The notes under the pieces: generated by a model
Told to the model about the DNA's origin: nothing
The model's database searches: none
The model's input: the letters and a program-made list of their open reading frames with translations, nothing else
Made by a program: the position numbers and the translations under genes
Part shown: one piece after another, positions 1 to 10,779 of the stretch
Layout of the letters: every line of letters begins with the position of its first letter
Position numbering within the stretch: position 1 is the stretch's first letter
Assembly: GCA_050014195.1 (NCBI GenBank)
Contig: JBEKDT010000017.1
Coordinates: 34,038-98,037 of the forward strand
Origin: Desulfomonilia bacterium
GTDB lineage: Bacteria; Desulfobacterota; Desulfomonilia; UBA1062
Direction of reading: 5' to 3'
Length of the DNA stretch: 64,000 nt

Positions 1-780
1 ATCGTCCATACCGATCATGCCAGGAATTTTCCTGATAAGAAGCGCTACATGTTCGCAGAGTGGTGTATGTCGCATCTGGTATATAAAATGGTGGGAGTAT
101 CCGATCACACTGTAGCCAATCTAAGGAAATATGAAAGGATCCCCCATAAAAAATTAACCACCATTCCCAATGGAATTGATGGTGGAAAATATCAAGTATC
201 TATCGACAAAAACAGGAAAAGGAAAGAACTTGGCATTCCCCACGATGGCCCTATTATTGGGTTGGGTGTACGGATCGCCGAGCAGAAAGGCATCACCTAT
301 CTTTTACACGCCATGCCCGCTATCCTGAAGCGGTTTCCCGATCTCTCCCTGGTCATTGCCGGTGATGGCAATCTTGTGGAGGCATTGAAGCAGGAGGCAA
401 GGGAGTTGAACATCGACAGCCATGTGTTTTTTGTTGGGCCCCGCCTCGATATGCCGGAGCTTCTCAAGCTGTTTCATCTCTATGTGCTCCCCTCGCTGTG
501 GGAAGGCCTTCCCATGGTGCTGCTGGAGGCCATGGCAGCCGGTTGCCCTATCGTGGCCACCCATGTGGGAGGCAACGCCCAGGCCATAACAGATGGATAC
601 AACGGGACCCTGATCGAGTCGCGGAATCCACAAAAACTGGCTGAAGGAGTGGTGGACCTTCTTTGTCGGGAAGATCTAAGAGAAAAGTACATTCGTAACG
701 GTCTCCAGGTTTTTAGGGACAGATTCAGTGCGGATATCATGACGCGGCGGTATGAGGAGCTATATCTTAGAAAAGGATGA
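1..780 (+). CDS. Glycosyltransferase family 1 (GT4-like), C-terminal part; the 5' end lies outside the window
   Basis: The reading frame is open from nt 1 and in frame with the 49..780 ORF. It carries the GT1 C-terminal signature 'LPSLWEGLPMVLLEAMAAGCPIVATHVGGN…DGYNGTLI'. Confidence 0.75.
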   Translation: MVHTDHARNFPDKKRYMFAEWCMSHLVYKMVGVSDHTVANLRKYERIPHKKLTTIPNGIDGGKYQVSIDKNRKRKELGIPHDGPIIGLGVRIAEQKGITYLLHAMPAILKRFPDLSLVIAGDGNLVEALKQEARELNIDSHVFFVGPRLDMPELLKLFHLYVLPSLWEGLPMVLLEAMAAGCPIVATHVGGNAQAITDGYNGTLIESRNPQKLAEGVVDLLCREDLREKYIRNGLQVFRDRFSADIMTRRYEELYLRKG

Positions 781-795
781 GGGAGTTTTTTCTCA

Positions 796-1995
796 ATGTT
801 AAAAACAGAGGTAGGCACGAAAAGAAGAATCCTCTATATCGAATCGAACACGGATGGAACCATCGGCGGCTCCTATTATAGTCTCCTGTATCTCCTGGAA
901 GGGTTGAACAAAGAGCTCTATGAGCCGCACGTGCTCTTCTGCCAAGATAACATCCTGGTACCCAGATTTAAGGAGGTGGCGGAAGAGGTCATTGTGCATA
1001 ATTATGACCCTTCAGGCAGTAATCCGTTCAATTCCTGGAAGGCCATCCCGAGATTCATGAAGCACATCGTTCTGAAACAGCTGGAATTGCGGAAGATCAT
1101 CAAAAGGGTCAGGCCCGACCTTGTTCACCTGAATAATACCTATGCAGCAAACCACGAATGGATGCTGGCATGTCGCCTCAACAATATCAGGATCGTGGCT
1201 CACGACCGCGGAACCAGGCCCCCTTCAACATGGCAGACGAGAGTTTTCATCCGCTTCTTGGAGGCTACGATATCCGTTAGCGAAGCGTATAAAAATATAG
1301 TAATTGAGCAGGGGCTAAAACCCAAAAGAATCAGAAGGGTATACAATGGGCTGGACGCCGAAAAGTTAAAAAAATATCGTTCGATACAAGACAGGCGCAA
1401 GGTCAGGGAAAGCCTAGGAATAAATGAGAACACCATCCTCGTGGGTATGGTGGGGAACATTGATTACTGGAAAGGCCAGTTGGTTTTCATCAAGGCCATG
1501 GATATTTTGGTCAAGGAGAATAGGGATATTCATGGAGTAATCATTGGGAAAACCGCAATTGGCGCAGAAAGTTATGAACAGGAAATTCAACAATTTCTTA
1601 ATGATAAAAAGATCACGGGTAAAGTGAATCTGTTGGGGTTCAGACAAGATATCCCGCAACTTTTAAATGCAATGGACATATTTGTTCATGCCTCTGTGGA
1701 ACCGGAGCCCTTTGGGAGGGTGATTTTAGAGGCAATGGCCATGGCAAAACCCATCGTAGCCACAAAATCTGGAGGTACCTTAGAACAAATAGAGCATGAA
1801 CATTCGGGCTTGTTAGTTCCTATGGGCGATCATCAGTCTATGGCTAATGCGATTAAAAAATATACAACTGATATGAAATGGGCGAATAGCATCGGCGATA
1901 ATGCCTTAGAAAGATTAAATGGATTTTTTTCTATAGCAAATATGGTGAAGGGCGTTGAAGACGTTTACGAAGAGATATTCGACTCCAGGAAATAG
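796..1995 (+). CDS. Glycosyltransferase family 1 (GT4)
   Basis: The C-terminal motif 'EPEPFGRVILEAMAMAKPIVATKSGGTLEQIEHEHSGLLV' is the EX7E region typical of GT4 retaining glycosyltransferases. The protein is 399 aa. Confidence 0.8.
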   Translation: MLKTEVGTKRRILYIESNTDGTIGGSYYSLLYLLEGLNKELYEPHVLFCQDNILVPRFKEVAEEVIVHNYDPSGSNPFNSWKAIPRFMKHIVLKQLELRKIIKRVRPDLVHLNNTYAANHEWMLACRLNNIRIVAHDRGTRPPSTWQTRVFIRFLEATISVSEAYKNIVIEQGLKPKRIRRVYNGLDAEKLKKYRSIQDRRKVRESLGINENTILVGMVGNIDYWKGQLVFIKAMDILVKENRDIHGVIIGKTAIGAESYEQEIQQFLNDKKITGKVNLLGFRQDIPQLLNAMDIFVHASVEPEPFGRVILEAMAMAKPIVATKSGGTLEQIEHEHSGLLVPMGDHQSMANAIKKYTTDMKWANSIGDNALERLNGFFSIANMVKGVEDVYEEIFDSRK

Positions 1996-2029
1996 AAAGC
2001 TGAGCTGAGCATCAAAGTTTCTCAACACT

Positions 2030-3472
2030 ATGTCTGTTGAAATGAAAGCAGCTAAAGGCGCCACCTGGCTGGCCATATTCCAGTTTACCGGCCAGGTCGT
2101 CTCATGGGTGGCCACTGTTATTGTGGCGCGGATCCTTGTCCCCGCTGACTATGGGTTAATGGAGATGGCCACCCTTATCACCGGCTATGCATTCATCTTT
2201 AACGAGCTCGGGCTCGGGCAGGCCATCATCCAGAGCCCCACCGCATCAGAGGGTCAACTATCCTCGGTCTTCTGGTTTTCGATGCTGTTGAGTCTCTTCT
2301 TTGCCCTGTTCGCCGTGGTCATTGCATACCCGACTGCCCTCATTTTCAATGAACCCCGGGTTATTCCATTGACACAGACAACATCGATCCTGTTTATCCT
2401 TTCAGGCCTGCAGATTGTTCCCCAGTCCCTGTTAAACAAGGAGATGAAGTTCCGAAGCAGCGGCTATATCTATATGATGGGGGTTCTGGTTTCATGCATA
2501 TGCATGGTCATAATTGCCACATTGGGCGGTGGTGTATGGACCCTTATTTGGGGGCACATTATCAGGAGCTTCACACAAATGGTTCTTGTTTATTATACCA
2601 CTGGGTGGCGACCGAAATTTTCTTTTCATTTTCAGGAGGCGAGACAGTTCATACACTTCGGGGTATTGGTGGCGATCGGAAGGTCTCTGTTTTATGTATA
2701 TCAAAAGTCCGATAAGTTTTTTGCAGGCAGGGCCTGGCCGGCGCAATCACTAGGTCTTTACACCCTTGCCCTGCAGCTTGCCATGATCCCGACAGACAAG
2801 ATTGTCACCATCATCAACCAGGTTTCATACTCTGCATTCGCAGCCCTTCAGTATGAAAAGGAGAGGTTCAATGCATTGTATTTAAATATTTCAAAAATTA
2901 CCGCAACGTTGGTTTTTCCGATTTTCTGTGGGGGATTCTTAGTTGGTGATGACCTGATCAGGGTACTCCTTACTAAACAATGGTACCCCATGATTCCCCT
3001 GTTCCGGTACCTGTGCCTGGTACAGATTTTTGTTGCAATGAGCGCAGTGAATGGATTCGTTCATTCAGCCATGGGAAGACCCGGGAGGAATTTGATCTTA
3101 AATGCAACCCTGGTCGCATTCATGCCGATATCGTTTTATTTTGCAGTACAGTATGGATTGAACGCTATCCTGGTGCCCTGGTTTACGATATACCTGATCA
3201 TTAATTGTGCATGGTTGCTTTATTCATTACAGAAGACTGAAATACCCGTGGTTTCATACCTGAATTCAATTAAGATCCCCTTTATGGCTACTGCAATAAT
3301 GTTATTCGCAATTATCCTGGTGGAACATGGCTTGGGAATTCTCTATCCTTACCTGCCAATATACGGGTCATTTGCAATTGATGTGCTTGTTGGTACAGCA
3401 GTGTACGTGTTCTTTCTCTGGAAAATTGACGGTGACCTGGTGAGAATGTTGAGAATGTTGGTGAAAAGATAA
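2030..3472 (+). CDS. Polysaccharide biosynthesis protein, Wzx-like flippase (MOP superfamily)
   Basis: It is 480 aa with about 12–14 hydrophobic helices. The N-terminal 'AKGATWLAIFQFTGQVVSWVATVIVARIL' is typical of oligosaccharide-unit flippases. It sits inside a glycosyltransferase cluster. Confidence 0.7.
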   Translation: MSVEMKAAKGATWLAIFQFTGQVVSWVATVIVARILVPADYGLMEMATLITGYAFIFNELGLGQAIIQSPTASEGQLSSVFWFSMLLSLFFALFAVVIAYPTALIFNEPRVIPLTQTTSILFILSGLQIVPQSLLNKEMKFRSSGYIYMMGVLVSCICMVIIATLGGGVWTLIWGHIIRSFTQMVLVYYTTGWRPKFSFHFQEARQFIHFGVLVAIGRSLFYVYQKSDKFFAGRAWPAQSLGLYTLALQLAMIPTDKIVTIINQVSYSAFAALQYEKERFNALYLNISKITATLVFPIFCGGFLVGDDLIRVLLTKQWYPMIPLFRYLCLVQIFVAMSAVNGFVHSAMGRPGRNLILNATLVAFMPISFYFAVQYGLNAILVPWFTIYLIINCAWLLYSLQKTEIPVVSYLNSIKIPFMATAIMLFAIILVEHGLGILYPYLPIYGSFAIDVLVGTAVYVFFLWKIDGDLVRMLRMLVKR

Positions 3473-3490
3473 CGACTGAGGAGATTGTCT

Positions 3491-4663
3491 ATGCGTCCGG
3501 TTCGATTGCTCTTTCTTGGTGGTGGCCCTATGATGCCCACCACGCAACCTATGGAGATGCTGAAACATGAATACTTCAGCAAATATTTCAGTGGCGATAT
3601 CATCACGTCCATTATACACCCCAAACACAAGGTGATAAAATCCATCGGCAATTTTCAATATCATCCGTTTGTGGTTTCAGGAAACACCCTGGTGAAAAAC
3701 ATTAAATTGATAGCAATCTATATCAACAAAGCTTTGGAGATGTATCGAAGAAATGGAAAGTACGATGTTATTATTGCGCCCAATCCATTGCTTACCGGTT
3801 TGATCGCCTTGTTAGTAGGCAAGATAATTGGTGCTCGTGTAATCATTGAGGTGAACGGCAATTTTGAATCTGCATTCAAATATGGGAGAAAAGGGGAGAT
3901 TACACCAGCCCGCATTGAGTCGTTGAAGGAGATATATTCCAGGATAACCATTCCTTTTATCCTGAAGAGAGCCGATATGGTTAAGCTTGTGTCAGATAAC
4001 CAGTTGAAGCCCTTCAATATCAAACCAGATTCTATTCGGAGAAGCTCTTTCCCTAATTTTGTTCCAATTAAAAAGTTTATTGAAAGCCAGAAGAGCGATA
4101 AAAAGTATATTCTATTATTAGGGTATCCATGGTATTTGAAGGGGGTGGATCTACTCATAAAGGCATTCAATATGATAACAGTTGAATTCCCTGAATATCA
4201 ACTAAAGGTTGTCGGTTGGTGTCCTGAGGGAAAGGAATATTATGAATCATTGGCAGGTAACAATTCAAGAATAGAATTATGTGATCCCGTGTATTATGAA
4301 AGCGTGATCCCTTTAATGGCAGAATGTTCCCTGTATGTTCTTGCATCTCGGACAGACGCCTCACCACGGGTTTTGAGGGAGGCCATGGCATGCAGAAAAC
4401 CGATAATCGCATCAAACATCGATGGGGTGCCGGATTTAATTAAAGACGGGTATAATGGCCTGTTATTTGAAAAAGAAAACATTGATGATCTTGCGGAGAA
4501 ATTGAAGCTTCTTCTGGAAAATAAGGAATTGGCAGACACATTGGCTGAAAATGGTTTTCACTATGTACAGGAAAACCTATCAGAAGAGTGTTACATAAAT
4601 AATTACAGGAAAATGATTGATGAATGCTTATCAATTCATTGCGCTAATGAGATTCAAATATGA
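3491..4663 (+). CDS. Glycosyltransferase family 1 (GT4)
   Basis: It has the motif 'RTDASPRVLREAMACRKPIIASNIDGVPDLIKDGYNGLLFE'. The track start at 3485 is a TTG; the ATG at 3491 is preceded by GAGGAG. Confidence 0.75.
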   Translation: MRPVRLLFLGGGPMMPTTQPMEMLKHEYFSKYFSGDIITSIIHPKHKVIKSIGNFQYHPFVVSGNTLVKNIKLIAIYINKALEMYRRNGKYDVIIAPNPLLTGLIALLVGKIIGARVIIEVNGNFESAFKYGRKGEITPARIESLKEIYSRITIPFILKRADMVKLVSDNQLKPFNIKPDSIRRSSFPNFVPIKKFIESQKSDKKYILLLGYPWYLKGVDLLIKAFNMITVEFPEYQLKVVGWCPEGKEYYESLAGNNSRIELCDPVYYESVIPLMAECSLYVLASRTDASPRVLREAMACRKPIIASNIDGVPDLIKDGYNGLLFEKENIDDLAEKLKLLLENKELADTLAENGFHYVQENLSEECYINNYRKMIDECLSIHCANEIQI

Positions 4664-5733
4664 AACGGGGGAATATACCCGAGTTTGATGTAATGAGGGC
4701 TGTGGCCATACTGATCATACTCTTTCACCACCTTCCAGAGCACAGTGCTAATTTCTATAATCTACATTCCTTTGGCCTGAATGACTTCTCTTATGTAAAT
4801 GTTCTGAATAGATATTTTGCCCTTGGTATCTTTATATTCATTTCTGGTTTCGTATTGTCAAAAACAAACAGAGGGTTAGAAACAAGCAAGGGGGTGAGGA
4901 ACTTTATCGTAAAGAGATATATTAGGATTATTCCATTATATCTTATTGCATTTTTGATGTTTTTAAAAATATTCGGCAATCTCCTAGCCCCCATGACCCC
5001 TTTTTCTTTCATAGTACATATCCTCGGCCTACAAATACTCTTTGCTTCTAAATATTGTGAGCCGGTCTTTACTCTATGGTTTGTTGGTCTTATTATGGCA
5101 TATTATTTCGTGTTTGTAGTACTTGAGAGATTTGGCAAACAAATGATATCCCTATTAACATTGTCCATTATCATTCCCCTAATCAGTATTCTATTGATCT
5201 ATTACTTCGGTATTATAGATAAAAATTTTGTTTTGTATTTCGGGGTATTCATCGCCGGTATCATCTGTGCCAAATATGATATTCTTGATAAGATCAAAAC
5301 ATACCATATAGGGCTGGGAGTGGTTGCTTTTCTGGTTTCAACATATACTTATTCTTTTTTCATCTATCCTGCGATCACAGTTCAAGGTGCTAAACCAAGT
5401 TTGTTCTCTAATATAGGATTAGCTGCATTTCTCCTTACAAATATAATAATGCTGTCAACTGTTCTTATTGCATATAAATTGGCAAGGTGTATTGTTGGTA
5501 CTGGGCATTATCATCTCCTGAAAATGATTTCATATGCTTCATATTCAATATTCTTGTTTCACAGACCGCTGTGGTGGCTTATGGCTTTAATATACACCCC
5601 AGAGAATAGTCTATTCCGGATTGCTTATATGATCCTGCTTGGTATTCCCATCATTATTGGGTGTTCCTATTATATTCAGAAGGGATATGATACGTATCCA
5701 GCAAAATATTTATCCAAACTCCTAATAAATTAG
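4660..5733 (+). CDS. Acyltransferase family 3 membrane protein (putative O-acetyltransferase of sugars)
   Basis: The N-terminus 'FDVMRAVAILIILFHHLPEH' is the acyltransferase_3 hallmark and the protein has about 10 transmembrane helices. Its start overlaps the upstream stop by ATGA. Confidence 0.7.
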   Translation: MKRGNIPEFDVMRAVAILIILFHHLPEHSANFYNLHSFGLNDFSYVNVLNRYFALGIFIFISGFVLSKTNRGLETSKGVRNFIVKRYIRIIPLYLIAFLMFLKIFGNLLAPMTPFSFIVHILGLQILFASKYCEPVFTLWFVGLIMAYYFVFVVLERFGKQMISLLTLSIIIPLISILLIYYFGIIDKNFVLYFGVFIAGIICAKYDILDKIKTYHIGLGVVAFLVSTYTYSFFIYPAITVQGAKPSLFSNIGLAAFLLTNIIMLSTVLIAYKLARCIVGTGHYHLLKMISYASYSIFLFHRPLWWLMALIYTPENSLFRIAYMILLGIPIIIGCSYYIQKGYDTYPAKYLSKLLIN

Positions 5734-5791
5734 ACCGTATTCATAATCACAAAAATCAGTTACAACGGCTATCGATAGTTTAAATAATATC

Positions 5792-7087
5792 ATGACAAAC
5801 ATTACAGCATCAGATCGAGACGAATATACTATTTGGTTTTATCTGTTAATATTGTACTTGGTGTTCGATTATGGAAGGATTCATGATACGTTACATCTCG
5901 GATTCGCAAGGCCCTTGCTGATACTTATTCTGATATTCATTGTAATGATCATACAGAGTGGCCGGTTGTTTGATCTAAAAAATAAACAGGTAAAGTTGCT
6001 ATGGATGTTTATCCTGCTTACCGCCCTGTATGTCCCTTTTGCACGGAACAATTTTTTTGCATACGAAACCACAAAAACCATGTTTCTCTACATGACGTTC
6101 GTAATCTCAACCATCATCTGCATAAACTCCATCGAACGCTTGAAGAAGATGATGTTTTTCTGTGTATTAATTATGGCATATATCTCGATCTATGCCATAA
6201 CCCACAATGGGCATGGGCCCGGAAACTACTTTCTGGATGAGAACGATCTGTCCCTGTATATCAACATATGGATCCCTTTTTGTTATTTCCTATTTTTTGC
6301 TGAACAGAACAAGACTAAAAAGATACTCTACGCCGCATCAATGGCCCTGGGCCTGATGGCCATCGTAGTTTCATTCTCCCGGGGCGGATTTGTCGGGTTG
6401 ATTGCAGCATCTCTTGCTATATGGCTATTTAGTTATCGGAAGTTTATATCAATGATCATCATAGCCTTGATGTTTCTCCTGGTTTCTCTTTTCAGCAGCC
6501 ATTTGCCTTCGGATACATCATCTGTGCCAGTCAGTAGGCATCATGCCGGTCATACGTTTTGGGATGAAATGGCGACAATATCTGATACTGGCGAGTCAAC
6601 TAATAAAGAGAGAATTGAGTCCTGGAAATCTGCGTGGAACATGTTTCTGGCCCATCCACTTGGGGTTGGTGGTAACAACTTTCCTATGCGGTTTTCAGAG
6701 TACCAGACCAATTACTTCAAACGGGGCATGTGGGGACGGGAAGCCCATTCTTTATGGTTTACCCTGATTACGGAGCTTGGTATCGGGGGTATTATCATTT
6801 TTAGTTTGTTGCTCTATTACAATATCCGAGATATCTTCTTTTTGAAAAATATGGATTCTCAGGTGCAGAACCAGGACACAATCTATCTGAAACATGTCGG
6901 CCCCGCATTCATAGCCTCGCTGGCAGGGTTTTTTGCTTCAGCCACATTTCTCTCCGTGCTCTACTACGCACATTACTGGTACATGACAGGGTTCATTGTC
7001 GCTGCAGCCAATATTGCCAAGCAGATGGAGGCAAACGAGGGAGGCTATTCGACACAATACAAACCAATCTCGGGAATCGATCAATAA
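5792..7087 (+). CDS. O-antigen ligase / Wzy-like polymerase family membrane protein
   Basis: It is a multi-TM protein with 'SFSRGGFVGLIAASLAIWLF' and 'HSLWFTLITELGIGGIII', resembling the Wzy_C / O-antigen ligase domain. Confidence 0.6.
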   Translation: MTNITASDRDEYTIWFYLLILYLVFDYGRIHDTLHLGFARPLLILILIFIVMIIQSGRLFDLKNKQVKLLWMFILLTALYVPFARNNFFAYETTKTMFLYMTFVISTIICINSIERLKKMMFFCVLIMAYISIYAITHNGHGPGNYFLDENDLSLYINIWIPFCYFLFFAEQNKTKKILYAASMALGLMAIVVSFSRGGFVGLIAASLAIWLFSYRKFISMIIIALMFLLVSLFSSHLPSDTSSVPVSRHHAGHTFWDEMATISDTGESTNKERIESWKSAWNMFLAHPLGVGGNNFPMRFSEYQTNYFKRGMWGREAHSLWFTLITELGIGGIIIFSLLLYYNIRDIFFLKNMDSQVQNQDTIYLKHVGPAFIASLAGFFASATFLSVLYYAHYWYMTGFIVAAANIAKQMEANEGGYSTQYKPISGIDQ

Positions 7088-8106
7088 TGAACATGTTGAA
7101 AAAACTTGTCTCTATTTACTTTAAGTATTACCCCAAAACGTTTATTTTCTGCTACCACAGGGTCATTCCCGAATCAATTGCACAGGCTCAGTTGGTACAC
7201 AGGGCGCTCTTTGTTACACCGGAAACTTTCGAAAACCAAATAAAATGGATGTTGCAACACGGTAAGATCATAAGTCCTGATGAGTTGTATCAATATACAT
7301 CCCGTATGCGATTTATCATTACATTTGATGATGGATGGAAGGATAATTATACCTATGCTGTAAAGATTATGAAAAAATATAATATTGCTTCTACTTTTTT
7401 TATCACCACCGGAAATATTGATGATCGTGAACTTTTCTGGTCAGAAAATATCGGATTCTTGATAGCTGATGCTTTAAAAGCAAGCAGTCAAGAGCATGTA
7501 ATAACAGTAATGAAGCACCTTATTCGTGATATTATCCATGAATATAATCTCCAGGGAAAATTATATGTGAATGAGAAATCGAAGAATGTATATTATATTT
7601 TAGATAGATTCATTGAGCATGCCAAGTATTTATCTGCCAACGAAAGGAAAATGATGTGTCTTACATTATGTAAAAATTTGAATATAAGTTACCATAATGA
7701 AGGAGAAATAAATTTACTCAGCTGGAATGAAATAGCATCAATGGCAGAAGAAGGCCATAAATTCGGATCGCACACACATACACATGAGTTATTAGATAGA
7801 GTTGATAACAGTATTATTGATTACGAATTAAAGCAGTCAAAATTCATATTAGAAAAAAAATTAGGGAAAGAGATTGATATGTTTTCTTATCCAAATGGAA
7901 ATTACTTGAGAATATATATTCAAGAGAGTTTGAGGAGACATGGATTTAGGTACGCATTCACCTTGGGGGCTCAAGCCTTTCAATACAACGAAAGGTATCT
8001 AATACCCCGAGCTATACTGTTTGAAGACATATCTAGGTCTATGGATAGATATATTTTAAAATATATGTTAATTAATAGAACCAAGTCAATATGGAGAAAG
8101 AACTGA
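7087..8106 (+). CDS. Polysaccharide deacetylase (NodB-homology domain)
   Basis: It has 'ITFDDGWKDNYTYAVKIMKKYNIASTFFITTG' and a later 'HTHTHE' His motif. Confidence 0.7.
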   Translation: MNMLKKLVSIYFKYYPKTFIFCYHRVIPESIAQAQLVHRALFVTPETFENQIKWMLQHGKIISPDELYQYTSRMRFIITFDDGWKDNYTYAVKIMKKYNIASTFFITTGNIDDRELFWSENIGFLIADALKASSQEHVITVMKHLIRDIIHEYNLQGKLYVNEKSKNVYYILDRFIEHAKYLSANERKMMCLTLCKNLNISYHNEGEINLLSWNEIASMAEEGHKFGSHTHTHELLDRVDNSIIDYELKQSKFILEKKLGKEIDMFSYPNGNYLRIYIQESLRRHGFRYAFTLGAQAFQYNERYLIPRAILFEDISRSMDRYILKYMLINRTKSIWRKN

Positions 8107-8320
8107 AAGATCAATTGTGTGTGGAATGATGCAAGAACAACAATATGTTGAAATAGTTAACCTTGAATCTCAAGTGTGATTAAAGGCCATGTTACAAAAT
8201 TGGTAGAGTCTGGCACAATAATGCAATTCTTGTTTGTGTGTTTTTTGAAATTACAATGGGTTAAAATTTGGTATGCCTTCTGCAAGTAAGCTTAAATATC
8301 TTCAGAATGGAGGATAAGAG

Positions 8321-10129
8321 ATGACATTAACTATTAAATATAGCTCAGTAGTATTGTTTTTAGCTTTATTTTTTTCAACTGTCCAAGCAGCGAACCTCTA
8401 TGTAGATCGTGGAGGCCATCAAGCTACTTGGGATGGCACGAATGGGCACACCTATACATGCTCTCAGGGGACAGGAAAAGGTTACTCCACAATCCATGCA
8501 GCGGTTACAGCTATGGCTAGTGGCGATGATGTTTATATCCGAGGAGGGACTTACAATGAAAACGAAATATATCTCGGAAGTAGCGTTAGTGGGACATCGG
8601 GAAAATATTCTTCAATTCAGTCCTATCCAGGTGAATGGGCTATAATAGACGCTCAATACGCAGGTACGGGGAATAATCGTTCTGTGATTTGGTATGCTCA
8701 ACCTGTATCTTATATCAAGTTTGAGCGTCTTGAGATTACAGGTGGTGGTGAGGCTGTACCTACTACTACGAACTTATATGGGGCGGGGATCATGTTATAT
8801 GGGGCCTCTCATATAACCATGCGCTATCTGTATATACATGACAATTATGCAATGACGAACGTAGGCGCATCAGCCGGCATTCACCTGGCAAACGGCGGCG
8901 GTAATGGCGGCGGTTCCAACATAATCATAGAGTATTGTTACTTGAAAGGTAATGGCAATCCTCTCCCGCCGGGAAATGCGAATGCCAATAGAAATACAGC
9001 TAATGCCCAGATTGCTATTTATTCTGACTATATATATGGTACAGCACCAGTAAACTTAACCACTTGTACACATAATAATATAATCAGATATAATCTTCTG
9101 GACGGATCTGCTGCCACTGGGGGTAATGCCTTTATAGGCTTTATGCACAAGGCATCACAAAGGCTGACTGGGTGGACTTATGGAGAAACCGGGAACGCAG
9201 CAGACTATACCCCTAATGATACCACTGGTCGCCCATATGGGGACGACATCGAACACAATATAATAATAAATTCCCCAGAGGGTATGCGGCTCCAGCAAGA
9301 TTATGTCCAAGCACATCATAACATAATGGACCTTACCATTGGAACCGATCTCCCTGGTCCCGCAGTAGAAACCAGAGACTTTTCCTCCGATGCTAGAGGA
9401 CTAGATCAGGGTGTGCTGTATAACAATACGATCCTAGCCGGTGGTCAATACGGTTTTTCTATCTTGGTTCCTGCCTATCACTGGGACTGCAATACCAATG
9501 GAACATCTGTTCTTTATGATTATACAACAGTCCTTAATAATATAATTGGCAACACGGCATCGACTGCAGTTAATGGAGTAAACGCGCTAGTTCTCGGTTC
9601 TGGGGAATATAACAATAACTGCACTGGGACTCAGCCCATTACCCGTGCTTCAAATCCAAGTCCTGTATCATCGACGGCGTGGCGCCAGAATTTCAGCCGG
9701 AACCTCTTTTATAATTGCGCGAATCCGGCTTTTTCTATAGGACAAACATCCTATCCACCATCCCAGCTTGTATCTTTGGGTGTGGCGGATTATGTGTGGG
9801 CTTCAAGCTCTTCGCCTTTCGTCGGAAGTTCGAGAATGAACAAATACATAACCATGGGCAGCTATGCCCTTGATGGGAGCCATACGATAGCCAATGGGGG
9901 TCTTGGCGGGAGTCATCCGTATCTTTCAGGCGTGACATTACCATCCTATGTGGGGGCCGTAAATCCAAATGACAACTCATGGGTAGCGGGGGTACTTGGC
10001 CTCAATGCAACCTATTTTATAAGTGCCGTAGGTGGAAGCGTTCCGGCATGGATTGAGGGCGGTGGAGGTTCAGTACCATCAACTCCTCCAACAACACCAA
10101 CAGGCCTCAGTATAAAAATTATCGAGTAA
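8321..10129 (+). CDS. Secreted right-handed parallel beta-helix protein (pectate-lyase-like fold); candidate polysaccharide lyase/hydrolase
   Basis: It has a signal peptide 'MTLTIKYSSVVLFLALFFSTVQA'. There are repeated Gly/Asn-rich beta-helix rungs such as 'NGGGNGGGSNIIIEYCYLKGNGN', and a Pro/Thr-rich C-terminal tail. A good RBS, GGAGGA, lies upstream. Confidence 0.6.
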   Translation: MTLTIKYSSVVLFLALFFSTVQAANLYVDRGGHQATWDGTNGHTYTCSQGTGKGYSTIHAAVTAMASGDDVYIRGGTYNENEIYLGSSVSGTSGKYSSIQSYPGEWAIIDAQYAGTGNNRSVIWYAQPVSYIKFERLEITGGGEAVPTTTNLYGAGIMLYGASHITMRYLYIHDNYAMTNVGASAGIHLANGGGNGGGSNIIIEYCYLKGNGNPLPPGNANANRNTANAQIAIYSDYIYGTAPVNLTTCTHNNIIRYNLLDGSAATGGNAFIGFMHKASQRLTGWTYGETGNAADYTPNDTTGRPYGDDIEHNIIINSPEGMRLQQDYVQAHHNIMDLTIGTDLPGPAVETRDFSSDARGLDQGVLYNNTILAGGQYGFSILVPAYHWDCNTNGTSVLYDYTTVLNNIIGNTASTAVNGVNALVLGSGEYNNNCTGTQPITRASNPSPVSSTAWRQNFSRNLFYNCANPAFSIGQTSYPPSQLVSLGVADYVWASSSSPFVGSSRMNKYITMGSYALDGSHTIANGGLGGSHPYLSGVTLPSYVGAVNPNDNSWVAGVLGLNATYFISAVGGSVPAWIEGGGGSVPSTPPTTPTGLSIKIIE

Positions 10130-10255
10130 ATCACAAGAAAATTTAAAGAACTCCCATGACTGAATGGTCACAACGAGGGATGAAAATTAGGGATTGAAGG
10201 TCATGGATCATCCCTCCAATATGAAGTCAACAGTCATTCATAAAGGAGGGAATCC

Positions 10256-10471
10256 ATGACCAAGCGGAAAGATAGTACGGTAATTGAGGGAATTCATCCT
10301 GCGTGTTGTGGGCTTGATGTTCACAAGGAAAGCGTTTCTGCCTGCCTGCTGTATCCCGGAAGAAAAAGTGTTCAGGAAAGTGAGCTTCGATTGTTCGGAA
10401 CGTATCTCGATGATATGTATGAGGTGCATTTGGCTACATTCCATCTTTTTCATTCAGTGAAGCAAAGATGA
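10256..10471 (+). pseudogene. IS110-family transposase, N-terminal remnant (truncated)
   Basis: The 71-aa ORF 'MTKRKDSTVIEGIHPACCGLDVHKESVSACLL' matches the IS110 DEDD N-terminus (GIDVHK…) and is cut off after about 70 aa. Confidence 0.5.
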
Positions 10472-10779
10472 TCATAGTACACTGGGTCAGTGATTATAAT
10501 ACCGACCCTCCTAACCAGGAGTGCAGCGATTACTCCCTGGCCAGCCAAAAGGGAAGATTAATCGCATTATTGGTATTAATCCCAGGAAAGTTATTACAAT
10601 ATCTTGAAATGTATTCGAGGTAATATTTGAAAAGCCTCCTGAGAAGTCCTAGAAACAATTGGTATATACATGCATCGCTAATTGCTCGACAAGGTATTCA
10701 GAGAATTCTCCCATGGTCGGGTATTTCTTGATCTCGTTGAGAAAATCTAAAATTATCTAATGAAAGGGATCATTGTGTA

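Noticed and set aside
10130-10255. Inverted repeat GGGATGA…TCATCCC after the beta-helix gene, as a terminator
   Set aside because: It has a 24-nt loop and no downstream T-run. It more likely belongs to the IS remnant boundary, so I did not call it.
10640-10760. Minus-strand fragment '…LDFLNEIKKYPTMGEFSEYLVEQLAMHVYTNCF*' upstream of wecB
   Set aside because: It is short and has no start codon. I could not recognise a family, so it may be a decayed gene fragment or chance.
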